Shown here piece by piece: positions 39,890 through 56,160 of a stretch of 64,000 nucleotides of DNA. The stretch lies in assembly GCA_044892525.1 (NCBI GenBank), contig CM097885.1, positions 20,276,001 through 20,340,000 on the forward strand, read 5' to 3'. The notes below the pieces were generated by a model that saw only the letters and a list, made by a program, of their open reading frames with translations, ran no database searches and was not told where the DNA came from. Every line of letters starts with the position of its first letter. Position 1 is the first letter of the stretch. Source of the DNA: Schmidtea polychroa. Taxonomy: Eukaryota. The translations under genes were made by a program, and so were the position numbers.

Positions 39890-42800
39890 ATGGACAAGCT
39901 GAATAATTATGTATTATTGGAGAGTAATTTTCAAAACCTAGTCTCTGACGACAAAGAAAATATTTCACTGGATTTAATTTTTGATTCGTTTCAAAATTTG
40001 TTTCTTGATTGTAAATCAGTTTCGAATCTTCCAACGAATAAATATTTTATTAATTTTTACAAGCAGTGAGTTATTTAAATTTTTTTTTGTAATTTTAAAT
40101 GTCATTAAAAAATTAATTTAAAATTAAATCTATTTTTGTGTTATTTTATTATAATTTATTATTATTTTTAATAATATTTAATTTAAAGTATTTATCCATT
40201 TTAATAAAATTATTCAAAGAGAAAATAAAAACTACAGAAATTGGTTTGTGTGTATATTTGGTAATGTGCATAATATTTTATCCTCAAGTATATTTCATGT
40301 TATTTCTGGTGTATGTGGAAATTGATATAAACTGCACAGATTTATTCCTCGCCTTTGGCTATATAGTGATAACACGAATGATTTTATTGATTCACGTCGA
40401 ATGGATGCACCAAATATTTGGAAATTTATTTATAAATAAAAAAACAATATTTTAATTTATTATTAAATTTAAATTTAAATTCTAAATTTATTTTGTCATT
40501 TTGTTGCCAAATGAATGTTAAAATTTATTTTAATCATTTTTCATTCAAAAACTTTCCACGTTTATTTCATATTTTTTACTCATGATAAAATATTTTGATG
40601 AGATTTAATATTTGATCGAATGTTGAATGGAACTTTCCCACAGTAAGTAATGGGAAAAGGGAATTAGAGTAACTAATCTTTATGAACCAATCACTCCTAC
40701 ACAGATTTACTACATTCAGTTACATTTATCGCGTCGTAATTCGTGTTAATGTGTTGCAAATTGCTACTTTCCGGTTATCTCTATCTCATCAAAAAATGAA
40801 CAGTTTCAATTATAGAAATCTTTAAAAACCAATTTAAGCAATAACATAGCATCGAATGGATTCTCATCGCCAATACTGATTATCCACATGAACTCGGTCA
40901 AGTAAGACTTCAGGAAGTTACGATCAGTGCTTCTGTGGTTTTTATTCACCCACTTTGCTGATACCCACATCCTTTCCGCGGTCTGCGTATGTGCGCCTGT
41001 CTCCGGATTCACAATTATATCGATGGTTGACCTTGATGCGCTCAAATCTAGCCCGCCCTAGTGCTTCTGTCTTATATGCTTTCTAGGTGTCTGAGTATAT
41101 GATAGTCCCTTCGGAAAATGTTCTACTTGATTGCAGTCAGCAGTGTAGGAGAACTTCGATGAGAAAGCATTCCTTGATTTCTCGGCATATACCACCAAAG
41201 ACCGATTGTTGAGGTAGCACCCGACCGAGATTGTTCTTCCGCTTGGTGAAAAGGGATTCATCAATTTCCACTATCATCCCTTCGCCACCAATTTACCATT
41301 GATCCTTCACCATTAGAATTTCAACAAAGGTTTGCCTCAGATAGTTACTCCAATCTGTTGTATCATTATTGATCCCGAACTCTCTCTTACACAGTTTTCT
41401 TGATGTCATTTCCCAGACCCAGGTGTAGATAAAACATGCGACAGTGACAAATGCCGGACGAGATCGAGCGAACCAATTGCCGTTGCGAATATTTATCCTC
41501 TGATAACAGACTCTGAGTATACACATCCAGAAGATTTCTTTGCCAAAGTACAGCTTTATGGGATGGGCGTTCTTGCATCTTAATTCTTTTGGTAGTAGAC
41601 CACGATCTTGAAAAAATTTCACAGCTTCCTCCTCATTAGTTGGCAGGCTCCGCAAGTTCATCTGGAAATTAATATAACGAAATTAAATATATAATTAAGT
41701 ATATAATTCCTATCACTTCATGCTAATAAAAACATCACAGTTTGAAATGCATCTAAAATACATTTAAATCTCCATCATTTTCTATTTGGATGCTAAATTT
41801 AATTTTTGAATCTTCATTTTATATATTACTAGTTTTAATGTGGCTTATAATGAGTATGCCATTTTTTTACTTGTCTTTCGAAATGACCATTTAAGACTAT
41901 AATTCTGAACCAAAAATAATTACATATCCTTCAAAGCCAAATTTTCAAAATAAGTCAAAAGTGCCAATGATTTAGTCTTACTAAATGCGATTCGATAAGT
42001 TTAGATTGCCCAAAATATTATTAATCAATCCGTTTTGGATTTATCTAAAAATATTAATTTAAAGTTCCAATTTAATCCATTTAAACCTTACTGCAAAAAT
42101 GTCATCTATTTCGCTTTTTTATCAGTCTCTCCCACATTTTCTCAACAATTAATAAATTATGTGAAAATATCATTGTCTTCTGTCTACTTACAAATGATTG
42201 ATGTTGATATGCTGTTGTCATGAAAGTGCGAAATATTAGTTATCTAAAAGTGAGCCGACTGATTTGCATATATTTTTAAACTATAAAAACATACTTAATT
42301 TTAAAACGAAAAGAAGGTTTTATGGTGACTATCGTAAATGAAAAACTATAACAAAAAAAGTAGTAACTTAGAACTATTTATTTATAAATTAACTGTTTAT
42401 TTACAGTTCTACAATACATTTCATTAAGAGAAATATTTTAATTGCTATTTATAATAATTTTGTGAAACCATTTTCTGAAACCATTTTATAGTTATAATTA
42501 CATTTAGTCATTAAACTATTTATGTAGATAGATACTTTTAAATAGAATAATAATAATATTTATGAACACGGTAATAACAATAAATAAACATAAATTTTCT
42601 ATAAAATCTGTGACAGAATATATTCAACTAGTTTTCCTGTGCTAATTGGGAAAGGTGTGATTTTACTTAAAATATTGCGCATAACATTATTAGATTACCT
42701 TTAAAATTGAAATTTAAAATATTTTGTGTTTCTAAAGAATTTGATTCCCAACATGACAACATAAGCTTGTATGTAATTTACATTTCCCTCACAAATATTC

Positions 42801-45800
42801 TTGACGACTCACTTTTATACATATTTTATGTTAACCTTCAAAATACATATATTGGTTCATTTGTGTTAAACCAGCTGGTAATATTCGCTCGTTTCAAAGG
42901 CATTTGTTTACAGATTTTTACGGTGATGTAGCTGTAAAAATATTTTTATTGAAGTTCCCCGCGGACTATCTGCTTTGCCATCTATATAGAAAATTACAAT
43001 TTTAATAAATATATTTTTTCTATTAGTAAAATATACAGTTTATTTTTTAAATTTAAGAACAAGACTATTTGATATTTAAACAAGTCTTTAAACTGATTCT
43101 GTTGCTTCTCATTTTTCCTCTAGGACAAAATTTAATTGCTACATATTCAATTTTGTTCCTGTTTTCAACTTGAAGTACATAGTTTCAGACTACCTGAGAA
43201 TAAATAGAATTTCAAGTCAATACGGATCATAAAATTATCTTGACTCCAGATCTCATACACAAGTGAAGAACTAAATATTCTAGCATTCAAGGGATATATG
43301 AGATTCTCATAAAAATACTGGCTACCTGAGAAAATTAACAATTAATTAAAAAATAAATATTTGGGATTTACTTTTTCATACAATAATACAGTAGAACCTC
43401 GATTATTGGAACCAATTTGGAGATGGGGATAGTTCAGATAAGGAATAATCCGGATAATCGAAAAGTCCATAATTGACAATAAAAGACGTACATTTAATAT
43501 GAAATTTTATAATTTTGACTAGATATACATATTGTTTCAATATTAAATTATTTTTTATTAATAAATTCAAATTTATTTTTGCTTAAAACTAGCTGTTCTT
43601 TTTGAAGCTACTAAATTGTGAATACTTAAGGCAGATAAGTTGTTCTGTGTTACACTCCTCTAGGTACTAAAACCACTTCGATGTCTAAACATCGAAAAGC
43701 TTCAGAATGTGTGCGTCGCAGATCTCGTCTCCATCAGCTTCTCTATCTTATTCATCTGAGACTGCTATTTCTTTCATTATTTCATCACCATTTAAAATTT
43801 GAAACCCAGGATCGTTTGCATTACAATTTAATCATTCAGTTACATCATTTTCATCACATTCAGCACATATTGAAATTTGGATTCCCACTGAATATCCATT
43901 TAGATCAGTACTGCTGAAATGACGGAATTTAACAGAAATCGTTATAAATAGGTGGGACTGTTTTATTATACCGCAAAATATACTATAAAGTATACGACAT
44001 TATACCGAATGAGAGATTGTTGAAAAAACAATCCGGATAATCGAGGTTCTACTGTATATATTTTATACTATCTGCAACGTAGATTAAACTTTTTTCACAT
44101 TCTCCTCGGGTTTGGAAAGTGCTGGATTCAATTCTAATAAATTTAAAGCACTTCACAATTGATTCTGCTCGTAAATTGATCCAATTTTGATTATTTATTA
44201 AATCACAATCAATTAAAAAAAATCGATAATTAAATTATCAATGAGACAATTTGTAAGATTTGAGAAAATTAATTATTTAAAAAATGCAAATTATTTGTGA
44301 AATTTCAAGTAATTGTTGATGTGTTTTAAAATTAAATTTACGAGTTTTGTTATGGATTCCAATTACGTTTCGATTGATAAAAATATTTTCATTAGAATAA
44401 GTATTTACTTGATCAGACATCGAAATGAACTGATCTGTAAAATGATTCGATTAATTCAATTCCGAATTGGCAAACATTTTATTTTTTTATTAAATTTAGG
44501 CATAAAAGAATTTATGAGAAATTGATTGATTTCCGTATGAAATACTCTGATTTCAATCTGTTGAAAATCATCGGTCAAGGCGCATTTGGCCAAGTACAGT
44601 TAGTTAGGCATAAACAAACTGGTGATTTGTTTGCATTGAAAATCCTAAACAAATCACAAGTTGTGACTTGCGAGGGGACTTTATTTTGGCAAGAGGAGCG
44701 TGACATAATGATGAAAATAGATAGTAGATGGATTGTCAAATTGCATTATGCATTTCAGGTTCTTTTATTGGTTTTTATTTAAGTTGATTTCTTATATAAA
44801 AATCTATCATGGGATAATAAATAATTTAATAATCTTATTTAATCAATAATTAGCACTCAATAATTAATCGTCTCTTATGGAATTTAACCTTTTTTTCATT
44901 CCAATTTCCTTACACTACTCACAAAATCGGTATACATTGAAAAAAATATTCTTTTTTCTATTAATTATAAAATATTGTATTTGTTTATTTTCATTTCTTT
45001 CTATGCTATCGATTAATATTTTCTATATTTAAAAAAAAACTTATGACATCCTTTTTTTGGAAAGATTATACAACGAAATAGAAACAAAATAAGAAACAGA
45101 AAAGAAGTAATGACGAGGAGACAATTTGAAGTAGAAAATATATTACTGATAAAACGATAAATGTGAAATAAAAAAATCAATTATTCATAAGTTATTTGTT
45201 AAGAAATGAAAAAAGAAAAACTATTATCCAAAATATTGAAAAAGCTTCTAAAAGAATTCTAAAATTCTAAAAGTGAATTGAAACTTAAGAAAATTGAAAT
45301 TAAGAAAAATTTATAAAAAAGTAACCAAATTTAATGAAAAGTGAAAATCTGAATGATATGGAAACTAATATAAACAATTAAAAAGAAATCATTTTCATAG
45401 ACAAATGCACAATACTTGAGGTAAATTTTTTTTAAATATCAAGAAAATTATTAAATTAAATAAGAAAGATGAAAAATTCTAAAAAAATAAATTAAAGAAA
45501 AACAGAATATAAAAAGTTTTATAAAAAGAATAAAATGTGAAAAATTTATGAAAATCTAAATCTATATGCCTGAAACAAAAAAAATTCTCAATTTTCGGAA
45601 TTTCTAAGCCAAAACCATTATTTTCATGTCGAAGTAACATAGTGTTTATTCTAACCATTCGAAAGCAGTGTAAGTGCATTTAATTAACAATTGATTAGAT
45701 ATACAAAAAACGAAATCAAATATTAAAATACAATAATTAATTAAATGAATCAACTAATTCAATCATTTTATCTACTGAGGTTCCCGACCGTTTTATATCC

Positions 45801-48800
45801 CAAAGCACCTAAAAAAGTATCAATTTGGCAAAGCAAATTTATAGCAGGATATTCATTTAATTTTGAGAAGATTCATTTTAATATATAAAAATTATTGTTT
45901 ATATTATTATGTAAAATGAATAAAACAGATAGTAAACATTGTTTAAAATTATTTCTAGTTTTTAATTTTTGTTATCTTTTACTGAAATATTGATGAAATG
46001 TTCAACTATTGACTTAGTTACATTTAAAGCATTTTTAAGCATTAAATAGGGAGACTAAAAATTTCAAAAGGTAAAGACAAATTTCTTCGTTTTTGACGTG
46101 TTATATTGCTATTGTTATATAAATCAGTTGAAAAGGCTGTGCCGAACATTTGAGAATATCAAAAAACATCAATAATGTCTTTACTGATTCAGAATCAATT
46201 TTTTAATAAATATAATGTCACTTGAAAATGAAATGAGATCAGAAATGAAAATCAAAAAAAATTCTTCTATATAGGTTTTTCTATTTAAAATCATAATGAG
46301 ATAAATCTTCATTTAAGTTCTCATAATCTTAATCACAAAATCATAGAATTCTAGGATTTGTTAGCGTTTGAAATTGTAAAATTAAATTAGTCTGATTTAT
46401 TTCTGTAGAAAGATTATGAATTCAATAGGAAATTTACTATGATTATAATTTAGACTTCAGCAATAATTGAACCATTTAAAAAATTATTTTTAATGACATT
46501 AAGAATTGTTTTTCTTAAACATCATATTCTATAGGATCCGAAAAGGTTGTATATGGTAATGGATTATTTACCCGGTGGCAATTTAGTCAATTGGATGAGT
46601 AAAGTTGAAGTTCTCCTGGAGAAAGATGTGTGTTTTTATGCTGCAGAAATTGTCTTAGCAATCAATGGGCTTCATAATTTCGGTTTTGTTCATCGAGACA
46701 TAAAGCCAGATAATCTTCTTATTGACGTTAAAGGTCACATAAAGTTAGCAGACTTTGGTTCCTGTGTAAAAATGGATCCAGTCACAAAATATGTTAATTG
46801 CAATCGAGCTATCGGTACGCCTGATTACATTAGTCCAGAAGTACTTTTGTCACAGAGTGATAACACAAAATATGGAAAAGAAGTCGATTGGTGGGCGTTA
46901 GGAGTCATGTTGTATGAGATATTTTACGGTGAACCGCCGTTCTATTCAGATAATCTTATTAATACATATGGCAAAATCATGACACATGAACAAAGTCTTT
47001 CTTTTCCACCAGACGACGAAGTATCAATGATGGCTTTAGATTTTATGAAAAGTTCGTGTCGCTACTTGATAATTCGATTCCTGAATCTCCTTTAATGTTC
47101 AGAATTGATATGTGATCGCTCAGTTCGTCTTGGTCAAACTAAAGATGCCAGTGATATTAAAGCACACGTATTTTTCAACAACAGTTCTCGAGAATGGACC
47201 TGGGACACTATTCAAGATAACACTCCTCCATTCGTTCCGGTACTAGAAAACGATTTAGATACGTCATATTTTGATTTCGGAGAAGACGACGTTGACAAGA
47301 ATTTTTTGAATCAAAGCAACCAAGGATTGAAATCGACAACGTTTATCGGTGAAAATATCCAATTTTCAGGTTTCCTCCATTGAATGATATTGGTAGTAGT
47401 AATAATAATAATTCTGAATTCCTTAGGATTCTCATATATCCGATGCCAAAATACAAATAAAGAGAACAAAAAGTCGGACAACGTTCTCAATTCCAATATT
47501 ATCAATGAAGATAAATTGCAATCCATTAATAAAGAGAATGAAATCAGTAAAGACATGCTGGATAAACTAATTATAGATAAAAAGGACCTAGGTAAATTCA
47601 ATTAAAAATTACATTTAATAGAAACAATTATCTATTATTAATTATTCACTTTATTTTAATTTTTTTTATCATTTTTCAATTTATGATGTATTAATTATAT
47701 TAATTTTCATAATTTTTAATCTATCTATTAATGTAATACTAATTTAGAAATCGATTTATTTATTAATATTATTTTTATTGATACATATATGTTATTACTA
47801 TTTTATGAGACCAATATTATTAATTAATAATTGGGTAACAATCTTATATAATAATCTCCATTTTCATTTCCGTTCTCCCGCCCAGAGAAACACTTCCCAA
47901 AACACAGAAAATGAGCCTTATTTTAACTATGGTTGGGAACTTGAAATTCTTCATTGGTAACCAAAGGGATTCAGGGGGTGGTCACAATTTTTCTTCACAA
48001 ATTTAAAGACTTGTATCATTTAACCTTTTTTTCTTTTCACAATTTTCATCAGATCAATTTTTTATGTTCAAAATTAGTAAAAGTGGTTATGACGCCAAAT
48101 GGAATTTATCTCGAAACCCAGAGGACATAAATAAAGGACATAGTTCACATTCTCACACTGAAATGCAATAAAACAAGAAAATTGTAATAAAAATGTTTGT
48201 TAAAAAATTCCTTGACAATAGCATTATTACTGGCATTTGTCTGCAATCGCATCTACTGCATAAATAAATGTCTTTCATTTCTTTGTTTTTATTATCGAAT
48301 AAATGTCAAATATTGAAACATTTTCTATTTTTCATAAACAATTATGTTATCAGAAATTATTATAAATTTTGTTTATGTATAATTTCAAATATGTAACATA
48401 TTGTGCTTGATTTTAACTGTTTCGAAATGTTTCAGTTCTGATATTAATTGTATATATTTACCCGCGCTACCCTGCTCAATGAATGATTTTTTATGACAAT
48501 GCTCAATTGAATTGTTATCTTATGATTTTTTTATTTTATTTTGTTATCAATACAGAAATTTCTAACCAGCTTACAGTGATTTCTAAATTTCACTCGTATT
48601 TTAAATGTGAATAAATTTCTACTAATAATAAATAACAAAAGTCAGCCAGGTAGCATAAATATAAAAGGTAACAAGGCATACAATTCCATCGATCATAGCG
48701 ACAATTTTTTTTTAACCTAGAATTCCGTTGTATTGGAATCTACACTTAGAAAGGCGAAATGCAAAATAGGAAATCTGGAGCATCAAGATTTCAGCTTTAG

Positions 48801-50030
48801 AAAATTGTCCAGAAAGAGAATGGTGATAATAACTTTCTTGACATCATTGAAAATTGTTGTGATTTGATACTTAGTAATCAAATAGTAATCCTATAATAAA
48901 TACCGGTAGTCTCAAACTTGCGGCATAGATGTTTAAACTATTATAATAATATTGTTTATCTTAACAATTTCACTCTAATAAATTTCATTGGAAAACAATA
49001 ATTTCATTATATGCCAATAAACATTATCATTAATCAACAAATATTTATTAAACAAAAATACAAATTTACAAATTGTGAGGTAAACTGAGAAAAATCTGAT
49101 TTCTTAATTTTTATTTGTATTTGACAAATGATAAATATTCTTTTAGTATAAGGGGGGGGGGGTAAAATTTGACTGTTGTAAAGCGATTTCGGCATAGTAA
49201 GTTGATTTAATAACAAAAATTGTAGATTTGAAATCGTTCAGAAATACCATATTTAATTCTAAAGTTGAAAAAAAACTTCCATCTTAAAATTTCTGTAGAT
49301 TTGAGTTTTCTATGTATTTTATTGGCTACTCGATATGTAAATAAAAAAATCAGTTATTTTTTTCTTATTACTTTTTCGATCATTAACCTCCAGGAAACAC
49401 TAGATAATTCTACCCCATTCCTTTTATTATCATTAAATAAATTAAAATTTTCTACTCCTCTAATTTTGCAGTAATTTGTCTTTGATTAAATAAATTATTT
49501 TTTTCTTTAAAGATTAAATTTAAAGTTTTTTAACCAATTTCTTTCGCAAAATCCATATTGATGAAAAATGGCTATTTCTAGAAAACCAGCTTCATGTTGT
49601 CAGTAGCAATTTCAGAAAAGAAGAGATAATATCTAAAAAATTACAAATTGATTATAGTGATTTACTGACAAAACACTCTTGTTGCCAAAAGTCAATTGAG
49701 GAGCTTGAAACAATTCGAGAAAATTTAAGTTCAGATTTGTTAAAACAACAGGTTTGATTTTTTGGATTTATTTGATGAAATTCTGGGTTCCTTGGGCTTT
49801 TTTGGATCCGCAACAGATATTAAGACATTTTTGTTTAACTAAGTTGGAAATTATTATTTTAAAATTTTATATTTGATTGCCAAAATTTAAAAAATAATAT
49901 ATTAAAATTTTTAAAGAATAAAATGTTTTTATTAAACATTTGATATAATTTGTTCAAAAATCTATAATTTCTATAGTTATTATATTCTACCATTCGATGA
50001 CAGGAAAACTGTCGAAATATATCGTGAAAA

Positions 50031-50077
<47 letters not shown>

Positions 50078-53000
50078 CATACATATATTGAACGAAATTT
50101 GAAACTGTCAATAATCAATGAAAAATTATTTAAATTAATATTTTTAAAATTGTTTAAATACCGGTACATACACAACGGTAAAGTCTATATGCAATATATT
50201 TTTATACATGTTTTATATGAAATTACATTACAATAATTTTCATTTGTCATCATAATTAAATTTAATAATAACGATTTAAATTCCATTATGTCACAAAACA
50301 ATATCACTTCATTATGTTATTCAAACATATTTCCAGAAGTGTCGAGAATTCTTTCTATTTCGAACATACATTTTAACATACTGTATAAATTTTTATATAA
50401 CCTATTTTATTTACAATTTTATTACATATAAATATTTGATTATTTATTCGAAATTAACACTATATTCAATGATAACTTTACCAGTAGTAAAAATAATTTT
50501 TCGCCTGTATTTCTGAGTTAGTGAAATAGATAATTAGCGTAATAAAACCTATTATAGATAAAAAGTTATATATAAATTACTGAAAAAATTATTTCAATTC
50601 AGAAATATTTTATTAAAAAATATTTTGTCATTTGTTGACATTTCCTCTATTTTGACACGATTGATTTGCACTGTTGGTTGGGAGATTTGTAGTCGATTGT
50701 TTGCCATTTGGTTAGATTGGAATATTTGATCCATGTTATTATACTAATTCCATTTGTGTCGTTTTTTATAAAATGCTGTTTTTGTGAACTTTTCTATAGA
50801 TGTGATTTAATTGATTATAAATATCCGTGCAATAAAATCATCTGTTTCTTTTTGATGTTTTCTGTGGTAAAGTTTAGTGGAAATTGGTCACATTTTTCAA
50901 AAATGTCATTTATTTTGCATGTATTTAAATGAAAGAAAATCATGGGGTTTTGAATAAATTTATATTTACTATTTGATGTTTAAACGAGTGTTCCTTAAGA
51001 AATTTTTGTTTTAATTTACATCCACAATAATGTCATATATATTCATTTGTATATCCGGGTAATATTGTGCGTATTCAACGTGATATAAAATTTTGTGATA
51101 ATTTTATGTAAACTTTATATTATAACTTTTTTTCATATATATATGATTTATATGAAGTTTTATCCAACCAGTATTATTTCTGCCAATATTGAAAAATCAC
51201 TTAAAAATTCTTTCCTTCATTTCAGACCTTAAATCACCATTTTTTATTTAGTGCACATTTTTGCAGATTCATTTTCTAGTCTGAAATGAAGAAAAGGAAT
51301 TATAAATAGAAGATAATCGATTAATGGTGAAGGAATTAAAATTTTTCCTATTTAATATCATGTTCCATCTTGATTCCACATTTATATTTGGCTTACTCTC
51401 AAATATACTGACTGTAAAAATTACTTCAATTCTTATTTTTATTCATTAATATAATTTCCAAAAATATATTATAATAATAACAAATATTCAAATAACGCCT
51501 GAAGAATTTCCTTGTATTCTCACATTCTGAACAATGCCAACATACTGCAATCATACACATATTTAATATTTCAAGTTATAATTTATTTAATATAAATATT
51601 TCATATCAATTCATTATTAAAAATAAAATTGTAATTTAATAAAAACAAATCATTTTTTAGAAATACAACATTAACTAAATAGGAATAAATAAGATTTAAT
51701 ATTAAATCAGGGTTTTCAAAACTTTAAAACATCTGAATTTCCAATAGATGCAAATCCAATATAATCCAATATAAATATCTTTCATTGTACTTCCGGTTCA
51801 TATGTGACTCCTGTTCTTTAATATTAGACTTTAATATTAGAAAACCCTTCTTCAATTGTAGATGTATCAGTCCAATTACCGTGTCTTTAACCAAATATCC
51901 ATTGATAGTTTTTGAATAATACTTACATTTTTTAATAAGAAAAACAATTTTGTCAAAAATGTCATTTTAACGCAAATTTATACAATTTATATTTCCAAAA
52001 GTAAGTACAGACGTAATGTTAACTGAACAATTTACATTTAATTTCGATTCAAATTCGATTTAATTTTAATGATTAAAACAACACTTGTGAAATAGGTAAT
52101 ATGTTGAATATTTGACGCGCATTTCCATGCGGTTTTATTTGATTTTTTATTTAGATTTGTGAATAATATTTATCAGTGCTTTTTACAAACTTGACAATCT
52201 TCTTTGAAATGACTCTAATATTGCTAACACGTATTTATTTAATTAAAATTCATTTATGGCAATGCGATTCCGAATTTGCTTTCAAAATTCCTATTATTAA
52301 TTATTATATAACAATTAGAGATCTTCAGAACAAGAAAAAGAACAGCTAACCAAAGAGCTGACCGAAGTAAATACATATTTGAAAGCTACTAATATCAAAC
52401 TCATGGAAATTCAAACCAAATTCCATGAATCAAAATTGCGCTGTGTCCAACTGGAGAGTGATTATAATAATTTAATCGAATCTCATAATTTAATGGAGAA
52501 AGACTTAGTTATACTTAGAAATTGTATTTCTTCAAAAAAGGTATAAATTTGCTGTAAGTAATTTCAACTGTTATGGAAATACGATCAGGATGAAGAATCA
52601 TCATTGAATGAGAGTGATTTCATTCAGCTGAAGTCGGAATATGAATCGAAAGTCTTTGATTTACAGAAAAGTCTTTTGGAAAATAAATGCATAGCAAAGT
52701 CTTTGGAAACCCTTCAAAGTGAAAAAGAAAAGTTAGCACATTCCTTAAATGAATTGGAAGCTAAATTTACCGAACAACTCCATGACAATAGAAGCCAAGA
52801 GACAGAACTGAAAGAGAAGGATAAATTAATTAAAGAAATGGTATGAATAATTTTTTGTCGATTATAATTTCACTTTTTTAACTGACATTTATATATGAAC
52901 AATATGTAGTTGTTAAAGCACAAATTGATTGTTTTATGTGATAAATATTGATCTCAATTTATTTATTTCATTTACCAGTCAATTTTTGTTGTTCATAAAT

Positions 53001-55568
53001 ACGATATATTCAATATATTTCATTTTATACCGATTTGATTCTATTATGATGCTTCCAGGATATATTACAGCAAGGTTTCCCTTTTACTATTTATTTTTTC
53101 TTTCTATTATTCACGAAATTTCCAATCCGATTCCGACTCATAATCTGATAACATTGAAATTGATCTCAGCCTCACGGAAACGTTATTAACGAAAAGAAAA
53201 TAAAAAATACAAGTGTAATAAATAGTTCAAAACCTAGAATGATGAAATTATAAATAACTACAAGGCTTTATGTTTGCTACCGTATAATGTTCTCATTGCT
53301 GACAATGATAGTATAAATAATTTTCATCTAACTATCTAGTAGTACGTATTGCTTTACAAGGTGAACATTATAAAATTTTATGGTTGTTTATGAAATTATT
53401 TAATAAATATGTATGACGTATACAGTGTAATTACTAGTCATTTTTAAGTCTTATACAATCATTAATATTAATTTATATTCTGATATTTCCAACAGTTTAG
53501 AATTTTCTTCATATTTTACTATATTTTGATCCAATAGAATAAATGATAATTGATTCATAAATTACAAAGGAAAAAGTAATTAATGACACCAGAATAATTT
53601 CCAATTGGTTAATAAATGCCTGCAGATTTTTGAATTTTAAGAACAAAACTTTTTCATATCCCCATAAATGGGTAACATAACACTAGTTATATTGTAAAAA
53701 TACCATTAATGTATCAGATAAGGTTTAGGGTAATAAAAATTTAACAGAGTTTTGGAATTGAATTAAAATTTGCTTTTGAAAACATTGATTTTCTTCCATC
53801 ATTTTCGATGGATTATTTATCATTTATTCAATTATAATTCGATTTAATCATAATTAAATTAATAATATTTCGATTAATTATAGTTCAATTTAATCATAAT
53901 TAAATTAATAATAATTCAATTTAATTTTAAGTTATTTTATTTAATTTATCAAAAAGAGAGTTTGAAGACTATAAATCAGTAATATATCGATGTTTTTATT
54001 AATACTCACGAATTTTCGGCACGCCTTTTTCAAGTGAAATTCAGAAATTCATTTGAAAAAGGCAGTGCTGAAACTTCGTGAGTATTAACAAACATCGATA
54101 TATTACTGATTTATAGTCTTCAAACTCTCTTTTTGATAAATTCAATGGAAAAAATAATCAGTGTTGAAATTGGAAGAAATAAAAGTTCTTATAATAATAA
54201 TATTTTATTTAGATAAGTGGTTGGTAATATTACTCTGCGACAGATCATAATGGGTTTTCGATAAATCCGTTCTAAAGCAAAATTAAATTTATTAATAATT
54301 TAATCTATTATTCACACATTAATCACATCAAATTTTATAATAATCAAATCTTATCATTGGGAATTTGTGTTTATTGACTCCCTAAATTCCGTAAAACTGA
54401 CTACATAGTATCATTGTACATTCTCAAAAGTGACTGTGACACATTTATGATTCATATGTTGAATAAATTGTCACAATTATTAAAATATCTCATAAAATTT
54501 GATGTTTAGAATGATTTGTACTAAAATACTAAAATGTACTAAAATTTTTCAAGAGTTTTTAATAATAAAAAAGTTATATTTGCATATAGCTTTTTAACTC
54601 TTGTTTTTAAGTCAAATGTCAGATTGAAAACACAAATTCCCACAGCTAGGAATATATAACTGAGAAAAGTGATTCTTGTTTAAAGATACTTCTACCATCA
54701 CTTGCAGTAACATTAAAACCTTATAAAAATAATTAAGAGCTCCTTTACTCAATTTCTTAATTGGTTTTAGAAAGATGAATTAAGTCAGCTGAAATTCTCC
54801 ATTGATGAATCATTAAAAAAAGAACAAACTACTCATGCGAAATATAGTAATATAATGAAGATGCACAATCAAGAGAAAAACAAATTTGAACAGGTTGCAA
54901 ATAAATGTGGCTTTTCTCATTAGGTTTTTCAACTACTTGTTGCATTGCAGGAATTGGAGGAACAGCGGAACAAGCTTAGCAAAATTATCACAGACAAAAC
55001 ATCAGAAATTAAATTAATAAATACTTCAATGGAAACTTTAAAAGATTCGAACACGAAATTACAGAAAGAAATAGAAATGGCAAAAGTCAAACAAGAGTCG
55101 CTGGTAGAGAAGATCGAAGACGTATGTGTGATTTTTTTGTAGCAGTTATTGTTTATGAGATCAGATTATACATGGACAAAGCACGACTGCCAAAGAAATG
55201 ATGATCACTGAAGATCTAAAAAGTGGCTTCCTGGGAAAGAGATCTGGAAGAATTTATCACCAGTTAGCGAAAGAAAACAAAAGATTACAGAATATTTTTG
55301 ATGAGTTTAAAAAAAATTCTCAGATGCAAGAAAAGGAAGTTAGTCAACGGAATAGAGTTCTTCGATATTTTTAAAATTGTGAATTTTCAGCTTAGGAAAC
55401 AACTGGAAACTATCATGAGAGAGAAATATCAGTTAGAGCTAGAATTAAGTAATTCGCAAGAAGGATATTATGAAAATCTGAATAGTCATGATAATCGAGA
55501 TACTGATAAACGAGCCAGCGTTGCTTCATCTCACAGTAGCTTTGACAGGTTAGTTATTTATAATCTAC

Positions 55569-55658
<90 letters not shown>

Positions 55659-55774
55659 TTATTTATTATTTATTATTTATTATTTATTATTATTTATTAT
55701 TGTTATTATTATTTTTTATTTTTTATTTTTTATAATTATTACTTATAATTATTTATTATTTATTATTACTATTA

Positions 55775-55813
<39 letters not shown>

Positions 55814-55864
55814 TATTATTACTATTTATTATTTATTATTAATATTTATTATTAATATTTATTA

Positions 55865-55921
<57 letters not shown>

Positions 55922-56011
55922 TATTATTACTATTTATTTTTTTAAATCATTTTATTATTATCATACTATTCGTATTCATATTTCTATTTATTTTTAATTT
56001 TTTTGTAATTA

Positions 56012-56050
<39 letters not shown>

Positions 56051-56094
56051 TATTATTAATATTTATTATTAATATTTATTATTATTATTTATTA

Positions 56095-56160
<66 letters not shown>

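Noticed and set aside
44500..47369. Kinase as MRCK/DMPK/citron
   Set aside because: VQLVRHK, EVLLSQ and a PH domain split by C1 at the C-terminus, with no CNH/CRIB, fit ROCK.
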